Under the pieces are notes generated by a model, which was given only the letters and a program-made list of their open reading frames with translations, did not search any database and had not been told where the DNA came from. From NCBI GenBank assembly GCA_900088475.1, contig FLMG01000941.1, positions 310,001 through 374,000 of the forward strand: 64,000 nt of DNA, written 5' to 3'. This document shows positions 23,947-34,663 of this stretch, piece by piece; position 1 is the stretch's first letter; the number at the start of each line of letters is the position of its first letter. The position numbers were made by a program, and so were the translations under genes. This DNA comes from Hyphochytrium catenoides (taxonomy: Eukaryota > Protista > Hyphochytriomycota).

Positions 23947-24374
23947 TTCTTTCTTTTGTGTTCCCCAAGGTTTTTCGCTTCAATTGCTCTTGCTCAGTTT
24001 CTCCCTGTCTCTACCTCAAGCTTGCTTGTGATTCTTGGTAATTCTCACTCACTTTCCTCTTTCTCCCTTCTCTCTCATTGCCACCATTCAGCCTTTGGAA
24101 GCAGAGGGCTACCTCTCTTCAGATTCTTCTGTCTCTTTCTCTTCCCCTCATCATCTCTGAGACCTTAGACTGCAGCTCGCCAATGTGCAGTAGAGTCCTC
24201 CTCATTTGTACGTCAACACTCGTTCATCGCTTCCTCCAGCTGCTGGCGCTCTCCCTCTTACAGCTGTCAGCCCCCCATCCCGCTCGGCTCTAGTCATTCT
24301 CCTGACAAGCAGGACCTCTGCGACCTCGTGCACTTCAAGCGCTGGGCCTCTGTCTTCTACATTGCAAGAGAAAG

Positions 24375-24767
24375 ATGTCAGAACCTCCGCGACTCGGCCA
24401 GATCAGCAGCACCTGGCAGCTCCCTAGGGGGCACCTTGAAAGCGTAGTATACTTCCCAGGGGCGGAGAGGACAATAGAGGATATAAGAGAGGAGGACGAC
24501 GGAGGAGGCGTTGGCAAGGTGCTCCTGCTGCAAGGGGACAGCGCCGATTCATGCTTCCTGACAGGTACTTGTCGCTGTTAATGTTCTACTTTCCTGTGCT
24601 TACGTTCCCTCCCTCGCCTGCTTCTCTCTCGCTGTGTATGCCCTTCTGAGTCCTCGGGAGACACATTCTCTCTCCTGCCCCTACCTCTCCTCCCTATTCA
24701 GTGTCTCAGCGACCGTGGGAGCAGCTGTACTCTGCCGAGAATTTTTTAAATTATCTAACGTTGTCTT

Positions 24768-24807
<40 letters not shown>

Positions 24808-25808
24808 ATTTCATAACTTTTGTGGATTGCCCTTCTCATCGCCTGCTGGTCTCGCCATCTCTGCGTCCAGTGGCTTTCGCGGAGAAGGTCGCGCTGTATT
24901 CTCTCTGTCTCCATAGCTCTGCCCGCACGGTGGAGCTATACGGCTGTTCAAGTGGCGACTCGGACCCTCGATACATCTCTACCTGCCGCGGACAGCTGGA
25001 CGGCTCTCTAGAGGATGAAGGTTGGTCTCTTTGGCCCATCAACTCTTCAATCTTGTTCGGTCTTGCTCTGTCTCGTCCTCTGGCTTATGTTCGCATTCCA
25101 TCATAGCCATCCCCAGCCCTCTTTCCTCATCAAGCTCGCCGCCGCTTTCTCTCCTTTGAATTGCTTCTGTCTCACGCTCAACTTGGCCCATCCGCATCTC
25201 TTTGCTCCCTATTGCTTCACTAAGAAGAACCCGGCAGCCCGTTGTACAAGGCACACTTTGACTTTCTTTCGGGCGAAAAAGGGAGTCTGAGCATTATCCA
25301 GTCGATCCAACTTAAGCTTCTCTCATTGAAACCAAGAGACCGCGTCTCTGTTAAGCGGTTAACAGTAGCAGGCAGGGAGGTCGGTCGTCTTCTCGAAAAA
25401 AAGAAGATAGATGAAGGAGCTGCGCGAGAAGATGTACGGAGCTATCCTTCTCAGACGTCACAGCTTCAATCGATGATGGGACAACTACTTCTTCTTAAAC
25501 AACGGCAAGGCATGATGAGCAATGAAATGCTTCCTTGCGCATTGAGATCCACAACTACACCCTCTACTATAGCTGCCCCTTTCCCGACGACGCTGATAGA
25601 GGATGAACAGCGGCAACCCACAAAAGACCCACTTGAGGAAAGGATTCTCGCATCTGTACAGCAGCAGTTGGAAAACATGGAACGCCGTCTAGAAAAGAAG
25701 CTCTCTCTTCTTTGTCAAGGGCTAAGCGACCGCGTATCCGTTCTTGAGGAAGAGCTGAAGAGCCTCAGGGCAAACTCGCATTCACCTAACGCACCGACTG
25801 CGGGTTGA
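24375..25808 (+). CDS. PAAT/C10orf88 (DUF4506)-like protein; exons 24375-24563, 24871-25020, 25225-25808
   Basis: HSSARTVELYG..YISTCRG..LYKAHF..IQLKLLSLK resembles the PAAT N-terminal domain (SSARNMEVY..YCGTSRG..KIKLLS); C-terminal coiled coil QLENMERRLEKKL; in-frame GT-AG introns. Confidence 0.65.
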
Positions 25809-25893
25809 AAGTTCTCCTTCGCTCTCGTAGTCCCATCTAGCAGCTTCCTCTATGGTTTGCCTATCCATGGATGGATACTAGCTCGGTTACTGA

Positions 25894-28800
25894 CTAACCC
25901 ACGGTGTCGGCAAGAGAATCAGAGGTTGGAAACGGCGCTTCTGGCGGTTCCATTCGCCGAAGAGAGAGTCGCTGGCCCTGCTGCGCGTTAGTAAACCAGT
26001 ATGGTCGGGTGGAGACCCACCATTCCAATGTGGCCATGTTTAGTACCCTGAGAAAGAGAACGGAAGAATTGGAGGTAAACGATGCCTTTAGCGAGTGAAG
26101 AGAGAGGTCAGATAGAGCCACAGGAGGAAGACGAGGAACTAAAAGCTTGTGTCGTCCTGTGGCCAAGATACATATGTACAATTTTACCTGAGCTTGGAGA
26201 GCCTTAGCGAGCCTTTACTCGCGGCGATGGCCTGCTTCGGGAGGTCCAAGCGAACATTAACCTCGGTTAGAGATCCAACATCTGCTTTCTCTACAAGCAG
26301 CAAGAGCTCTACTCGCTTTACGACACCTCGATCAGGGCCGCTTCCCTCTCTGTAGGAGTGAGAGTATGATGTTTGCACCTGGCGTTCTGTTCCATCTCCC
26401 CGACTTCCAAGGAGTTGGATATACAGAGTGGGCTGCCAGGGCGCAGAGCCTGTCACAATGTATTCTACGTAGCGTGAGGGAGAAAAGAAGACGAAGAGAC
26501 GTCAGCAGGATGGTAGAAGACCTCACAGGCGGGAATAAGCTATGTAACGCGCATTTCTCAAATTACAGAGTCAAGGGTGTGAACAAGGTAAACCCAGCTA
26601 ATTGACGAAGGGTAAAGGCAAACCCACAGCTCATGATCTACCAGTGCCGGGGTTCGATGGACAGCGGACGTTCATCTTAAAGTCCAAGGATGCTTTGAAT
26701 TCCTTACTTATAGCTCCTCAAACGCCGCCCTTCCCCCCACCCCCACCCCCACCCCCGCTTACCTGTTGCCAGCATAATCCTAAAGGTTGTAGATTGTTGC
26801 TTTGACGAACCAGAGGATGGTGAAAGGAGTGCCGAGGGAAGCCTGAAAAGTGCTGATAGTTGCTTGTGATGGTTAATATATCCAGCAACGTCCTTCAACA
26901 CCTCCAGAGGAATGACCCGCCATTGCTTCGTCTTCTCGTCCTAGAAGAGATAGAACAATGGAGTAGGGGAATGGGTGTGACGAGTAAGGTGTAAGCAAAG
27001 AAGCAGTACATAGTCAAAAGAACATCACTTCAATAGCAGAAGAGTCACAAAAGGCAAAGAATGGCCTGGATGAGAGAGAGAGGAAGTATGGTCACCTCCT
27101 CTCTACAAAACGGGCTGCACTTGTAGCTTAGAAGCTTTCCGCCACCCACAGTCACTTCTAGCATACCGCCCATTCTGTTTTGAAGTCCGGTGCGATCGGA
27201 GACAAAGTCTCCCAAGCTGTAGACACACAGTTTTCTATCGGAATGCGCTTTCACTCTTTGAGTGGCCACGCTCGTTCGATGTTCCGAGCTAGTGATGGAA
27301 GGATCACCGACGTTTCCTTCAAGAGCATCCTTCTTTGAAAAAATCTCCATACTTTGAAGAGTATGGGAGCCATGGCCCACGATAAGATCAAAGCCACCTC
27401 CTTCCAACAGTGTCTTTGCCACTTGTCGAGTTTCTAGGAGGTAAAGCATCGCCCAGGTCAATTAGGGAGCCAGACAACTGAGAACGGACAGAAAGAATGA
27501 CAAAACTTAGAGCACGGCAGCCATCTGCCCCAAAATAGTTGAGTGTAGTGCGCAACAAGTGATGACTAGAGGAAGGTAGAGAAAGGACCTTGACCTGCCG
27601 ATTGAGCTGTGCACTAGAAAGGCAAGCGATGTTCGCAGCTCTTAAGCCAGATAAACTTCAAGAAGCAAAACTGGAACATACCTTGCACTGGAAGTAGGGC
27701 GTTCTCAAAGCTCCAGTGAGGGTAGCCTATAAGAATGTCAATGCCCTCATTTCGCTTTACGCGTTTCCAATCTTCATTCAGGACATCCCTCTCCCTAAGA
27801 TGTACCCAAGTCAACTAAGTGTCGGAAACTCCGTAGACTTGACAAGGAGCAGTAAAGCTACGGAGGGGCAATTTTTTAACGCGAGCTTGCAAGAGAAGCG
27901 TTAAGTATGGTTGACGCATATGCAGGGAGGAGTTCCTATCATGTTTCCAAGATTCTATCCTCTTACGTTATCACCGAAGGTATGCATTTCTTTGAGCGGT
28001 AGTTGAGCCAACTTGTCCAGGCGACTATTCCAATGGTAGACCCACAGGGAAGAGTAACCTAGAAAGGAGAGAACAGAGTCATAGAGCAGTCCAAGGAGAC
28101 GAAAGGAAAAGTGATGTGCAAAGTTTGACCCCAGTGGGCGGTCGGACTCCCTTGCCTTCTTATATCCCGCAACCTTGTCTCTCCAGCACCCACAACAACT
28201 TGTTATCTCTTCCTCATGTCGCATGTCTAAATCTAATGGTGGTAGTAAGTTGCCCTCACCTTTGCAACGCTGCCCAGGACCCTCTCTTCTAGCTGTCTGA
28301 TGCCAAGCAGTCTAATACCCAGGCTCTCCAAGTTCTTTTTGGTCATCTTTAGACCAAGATCGCCATAGCAATCGCCCACATGATTGTTAGCGAGAGACAG
28401 CAGAGTTCTATCGCCCTTCGCTTTTGCCTCCTGCAGTACTTTCTGGACGTAGTCTAAGGCCATGTCTTTCCTCCGCCCTCGATGACAAGAAAGAAGCGTA
28501 CGCTGCTCCAAATGGCAGACCGGCGCCTCACAGTTCATAACATAGAGATCAGCGCCAGATACGGCACCCTGTGTTGCGATGGATTTGATCGCGATGAGCA
28601 TTGATGGAAATGAGGTAAGTCAAAGCGAGCACGAGAAAAGCTAGGGAAACTGCGGCCGTGGCGCATTCTGCGCGGAAGTCCTTTTCTAGCTGTTTTGCGT
28701 CTGAAGTCCCTCGTCTTACTCTCTTTCCGTGCAACTCTATAGTATCTAACCTATCACGCTTTCTCTCTCTCCTTCTTTCTCTACCCGTTTTTCTCTCTCT

Positions 28801-31800
28801 CGTGCTGTTTCTGTTCTGCCGTTTCGGTGTCTTGAAATTCGCCTCCAACTCTGTTACCACCCACTTCGTTACAGCTGGCACCCTTTAGTCTGAGAAATGG
28901 CATACCTGAAGTGATGAGTGGAGCTCCATAGGTTGCTCCCTGTCTACTGGTCTAATTTCTCCCAAGAAGAGAATGGTACTGCTTGGTTGACGACACCTAT
29001 CAGACGGGGAAGGGGGTGGAATAGATCGCATCCTCGCTCCCGTTACCCTATTGGAGGCTAATGACGGCAACTCCAGATTAACAGGGCTTTTTGTAGAGGT
29101 CTTTGATCGCAAAGGGAGAGAGAAGTCTGAAGTCTGCAGCACCGGAGCCGATTCTCTTTCCATTCCTATGTCAAGCGGTTTATCCGGTAAATTCAGCGCT
29201 CGAAGAGGATCGGTGGAAAGACGGTCACAAAGTGGAATAGGGAACACTTCCTCATCGGCAATGTCGGGGTCAATAAGTTGATGTCCCTTCTCGTCTACTT
29301 CTTTTTTCGAAGAGATCCGCGTGAAGTTGTCTGCGTTGTTGTGCTTTAGGTCATAAGGGGATCTGTCCTCTCTCGTTGTGGAAACAGGCCGCGAGGCGAT
29401 AGGGTGCACATATGAGAGTAATAGAGAGGTTGGAGCCTCTCCTTGTGCAAGTAGATTACGTACACCTGCGGCGTTGATGGGGGAGAACGGGTTAACATCG
29501 GTTGATAAATATAAGAAGAATCCTAGGAGGAGATGCAAGGTCCGAACTCCGGCAAAGGGCGAGCAAGGGGAATTAGTGGGGAAGGTGATAAGAAACATTT
29601 CGAGTCATCTCGACTGCGCGCGAACGAAGCAAAGCTAGAGTGAGAGATACAGAAGGACATTGGGACGTGAGAGTGCCCAAAGAACAAGAGATACACCATG
29701 AGGGCCACGTAGAAGTTACAGTCCAAAACCCCCAATACGGAAAGGGAAAGCATATACGAATAAGGGCACAGGAGAAGAATGGAGGTAGGAGAGAGAGTCC
29801 TCAAACGGGTAGACAACATGAATGCCAAAGGGAAGGCTAAAGATACGCACCCGGTACAACATCAGCCAGTCCTGTGCCGGCCAGCTGGATCTCGTCGTAG
29901 AGTGTTAGCTGCTCGTTCTTAGAAAACACAAAGACAGCGTCTTCCCCTGCGCCAAAGTGCAATCAGGACGGAATCGACGATATGAGAGGTAGTCCATGAA
30001 GGAATGTACGTGATTTTGATCTAAGACGAAAAGCAATGATGGGGAACTCAAGAGCATAGTACGACCTAAAGAACGAATAATGGCTGGGAGGCAGCAACGG
30101 TAGCCAGAGCTTTGAAGCTGGTAACGCAGGACAAGAGTGCAAAGCACAATGACCATAGATAGACACCAAGAATGCAGCCAGCTGGAGTTTAGGCTTGCGA
30201 TAATCTGTCCTTTAGCTGAATATGGAATCATGTGAACCAGAAGTGTGAAGAAGGTCTAATACTCAGGCCACCCGCCATCGATGTATTTTTTCTAAGAGAA
30301 TAGTTTGGTCCATAGATCACTCACAGTTCTTACCTGTTCTAATTCCCCCATAGGTCCGAGGAAGGGCCTTATAGGCTGGACGTGAAAGTTGGAGCGGTAG
30401 AGAAGATGCTGTGCGACTGAAGACGAGCTTGATAACGGTACTCGGTCGGTTCTCCATATTCAGCGGTGCGAGGAAAAGGTCGGACTCGTTCAACAAGCAT
30501 ATCACCGGAGTGGTTAGACGAGAGAAATAGTAGGATGAGCATGAGGTGGCCGATGGCCGCGGAGACGTAGAGAATAGGGACGTGGACGGCGTAGACTGTG
30601 AAGAAGTGCCCACTTCTTTTTGGTAAAAAGCGCAATAAATCTTATAGCCGCTGCGGTTATAGACGTTGATGCCTCCTCCCGCTTCAACTGAAGCTGATGG
30701 ATCTTCCAAGTCCCTTCCATTGTCACCCTTCGAGGGCCCTGCCGGACAAGTGAAAGGACATCACATTTACAAAAAAGGAAAGCCGGCAGTCAACAGAACC
30801 AAGAGGTTGCACCCAAACTTGAAGGAGTGAAGAAGCCTAAACATTGATAAACATTGACTCACCCTTAAGCAGGTTTGCTTGTCTTCCCTCGTCAGGAGCA
30901 GCACTCCCACTCCCTGCCTTCGGCTTAGGTGCGAAGCTGTCCTCACCGTCTTCTGCTTCATCATCCTTCGAAATGCTGGCTAACTCTTTCTTTAGGGCTA
31001 TGCCAAGAAGGCTATCCTTCCCTAAGCTTGGGTTAGCGTCATTGATGGTAGACCGAGGGCCCTTAGTAAGGATTCCGAGCTACGAGCAAAAGAGGAGAAC
31101 GTTAGGCCATCAGCAGTGGACAGAGAATGCGTATGCAGACTAATAATGCAGACCACTGAGGTGGGCATTAGTTTTTCACAGTCTCTACCTTGAGTTCTTC
31201 AATGGCCTGCTTGATGGCTGCTTCCCACTCCTGAGTCTCCTCATCGGTAGACCCTTTAAGAATTAGCATGCGTGGACGAGTGATAATGAACAGTCGCAGC
31301 TTGCTATCAGCCTGCAGGCGCACTGTCTGAATGATTGCTGGAGTGATGGCAGACCCATCTAGAAGCAGAATGGTCAAGCGAGAGTGACATAACTTGCGTG
31401 AGGGTTGGATTGGGGGAAGGGACAAGTAGCTTCAACGCTCTATAAAGCAAGCGAGGGCAGGGAGCTGGGGAAGAAAGCAAGACGAAGAGGTGGACGGCGG
31501 CTGAGAAGGGAGAAAACGTAGAATTTGGCAACGAGAAACTATACCATCGGAGATAACAAATGGGGAGGACAAAGAGAGAGCACGGAGAAAGAAGCGAGGA
31601 CCTGGGCCCTTGCCACCAAGGTAGACGACGCTCTGCTTCTCTTTCTTCTCCACTTCCTTATCGACTCCCATCGGGACTAACTGCTTATAATAGTCGGTCA
31701 TGGACTGATAATAGGACAACTTTCCATTGCCGTGCAGGACAAAGAACCTCCTTTTCCATGTCTTCAATACATTCCCGCAGTGCTTGCTCAACCATCCTTC

Positions 31801-31845
31801 TTTTTTGCTCTTTACGTCGACAGAAGCGGTAATGTACGAGGACAT
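25894..31845 (-). CDS. 1050-aa multidomain protein: PH + unknown beta-rich domain + CapA/PGA_cap metallophosphoesterase + PLAT/LH2; 13 exons
   Basis: Exons 31845-31602, 31358-31189, 31079-30863, 30738-30334, 29946-29851, 29465-28906, 28568-28260, 28058-27967, 27794-27682, 27433-27096, 26940-26763, 26464-26188, 26047-25894; all introns GT-AG, total 3153 nt in frame. PH: KEGWLSKH..WKRRFFVL..LSYY..EWEAAIKQA. CapA: MNCE, SLANNHVGD, PHWSFE, DLIVGHGSHTLQ, YSLGDF. PLAT: LYIQLLGSRG, DRG..DVGSLTEVNV, LSKLRV..YWF. Confidence 0.75.
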
Positions 31846-34663
31846 CTTGCTGGTCTCCTCTTTCTATTCGTGCTTGCGCCAGCGCTATTGGTCCTTATCG
31901 CTTTGATCCTTTCCAGACGTCGTAGCAGGGGCGCTTATAAAGGGAGAACGAGGGGATGCAGACGCACTATATAAGGTCAACTCCTTTTCAACAGTGGATC
32001 TGCTGCCATGACTTGGATGGGCCATGTTAACTCCATGCGATGAGGACTTGAAGGGTTAAAGTGACTGAATCTGAACATGAGGGCAGTTCGGACATACACG
32101 ATGGTTGAGCTTTGTGATCCGAGAGCTGTAAGAACAGAAGAGAGCTGCAAGAACAGAAGAGAGGAGAGGCCACACTACCCAGAAAGACGAACGGAACTAG
32201 GGGTAGAGAGGATGCGACACCGGCAGAGCAGCAACATAAAGCCTCTTATACGAGCCAAGAAGAAATGAAGACCAGTTCCCTAACGACGTGCCACTTTCTC
32301 GCTTCGGCTGGCTGAGGTTTCACCTCAACAACGACATAACAAGAAGGCACATTGCTATAACATGGTCCATCTAACCTGCCACGCTGCCTAACACTAGTCA
32401 GGCTCTCCCCTAGCTCTGCCTAAAGGTGGAAGAATGGATGCTTGACTAAAGACAGAGAACCATGACTGATGCAGCGGATCCTAGGACCAGGCACAGCCCT
32501 GCCGTGGCAGCGCGCGGACCTCCTGGAAGATGATATTGGAGATCTGGTAAGACCCCTACCGCCTTCCCTTCCTACTCTTCCCTTCTCTGGCTCTGACCTG
32601 GCTGGTGATAGATTTTCAACACACTAGGTGGTTACAATCTGTTAATTACAGCTTTTGTACCCATTTTACCTGCTCCGCTTTCCATACCACACACCTGTTT
32701 CCTTGTGGTATTTAACGGACAAGCTTCATATACTCTACATTGGTGCATGATAAGGATGCAACGAATGAGCAAAATAACCTCTGCTGCTGTCCTTATGAGT
32801 AGGTAGTAGTAGGTAAGTAGGCGTGGGTACAGGTGGCCAGCATGATGCGCAGAGGAGAAGAATCTTGCTGCAGAGCTCACGTTGAGGCTCCTCCGCGCTT
32901 TCGGACAATTGTCTATTGTACTCATTCCTCAAGAGATGACGGGGCGACGAGGTGCAAAGCTCTACTATCTGCTGAGTGTTAATAGTACTCGTAGTTCTAC
33001 ACTTGGAAACATCTTCTTGTCGGCTGGTGGGTCTGGACAGAGTAATACCAGCAGCAGCAAGGAGGTCTCTAAAAAAAAAGAAAGAAATCATGTAAATCTT
33101 TTAGAGTGTTGTTGAGAGTTTCCTTATGTTTTAGAGCACTCGAGCCCATCATCATGGGGCTTTACATGGACGACAAACAACACGCTGATTGTTCATTCAT
33201 TATTCCCTCATACACACTAATAGAACTTATCTCTTGCCACAACAGTGCCTACTCCTTAAGTGGAATGTTGAGAAGAGGCGAGCAACAACGTTATAAAAAG
33301 CTTGATGGACGACCCGGCCATGGGGATTCAATAATAATTACCTCTGCAATGAAGAGGACAGCGGAACAGCAGTTCGTATACTGTGCTAGTCTAGTAGTAG
33401 TAGCCTCTGACCACAAGCCGGATCTAACGCTTTCGGGCAAGTCTTCATCGACTGACAAGATAATAAGAGACAACATTCTGAGAGCTGCCAATTTTTTCGT
33501 TGACGCGTGCTACTATCTATAATGTGATACCACAGGGTGGTGCTGCTGCTGACTCCATTGGCGACGAAAACTTTCCAAACGAGGAGGTGCTCAGAGGTTA
33601 CTATCTACTCTTTTCCCCTTATTTTGCCATACTGATGATAAAGCGAGCTGAGGTGTCCGAGACCTTATTATGATGGCAGGATGGGAAGCCCTCGATCATC
33701 AACAAGCTACGTACTATATTTGTTTACTAGGTAGTAGAGAGATCGTTTATGTTATCCTATTATCGTCATTCTTTATGGACAATATAAGTGGGGCAACACC
33801 TGTGTCACCTCCGATCACACTCTTCTGTCGCCATCTCGGGCTGAGCGCTGTTTATTAGTAGGCCGGCTGTTCTTGAACGCCATGGTAACACTCCCTCATC
33901 ATCATGACTTTGTGGCTGGTTGCGCACAGTAAGCGTACCGCCTACAGAATAGTCCTCGCTCTTCCTCATGCGTTGAGCTGATGGAGGGAAATGTATCGAC
34001 ATGACAACCCAAAACCAAGAGACACAACTCAAGCCGTTACTATATCAAGCACCAAAACCGAGGAACTGATAACCAAAGATTTGGTTATCAATGAGCACAT
34101 GATCTGCTCACTGATATTTAGTATGACTTTTTATAATAACTTCTCTTCAAACCCTTGATTGATCTTCAGAAAGTGCGAAGCGCGAAAGGACATCATCGCC
34201 GTGCCGATGCTGCTGGCGAGGGATGAGAGCGCCGCTGGAGCGCCGTCATGTGAGAGCGCATCATCGTCATCCCCAGCTTCTTTCGGGGCGTTGACAACTG
34301 CTAGCGGCTTGTTTGGAACACGATGCCTTGGTCTGGGACACATGCAATGGCAGGCTTTTTTTCACGTGAAGTCCACGAGGGAACTAATGCCAGAATACTT
34401 CCACTCTTTCTTCGCTTTCTTCGGTGATCATAGCATCTTTCGGGAACTTTCAGCCATGCTGGAGCTCGCACTACTCATTATTGTGGAGAGAAAGGCTATT
34501 AGGCAATGGCACGCGACTTGCCCAACTAACGGGCTATTAGCCTCGAAGCACAGTAGAAAGAGGTAGGGTGGGGCAAGCGGCAAATCGAGCAAGAATGCGT
34601 AGCAGTTAGCAGCATGCCAGGGAGCCGAATCCTGGCTAATGTGAGAGCTGAATTCTCTATTTG

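Noticed and set aside
27045-28601. CapA region as bacterial contamination
   Set aside because: The domain is interrupted by several spliceosomal introns and is fused to eukaryotic-type modules.
29466-30333. Hydrophobic ORFs suggesting transmembrane helices in the CapA gene
   Set aside because: Apart from the 96-nt exon 29946-29851, they fall in pyrimidine-rich introns of the in-frame model.
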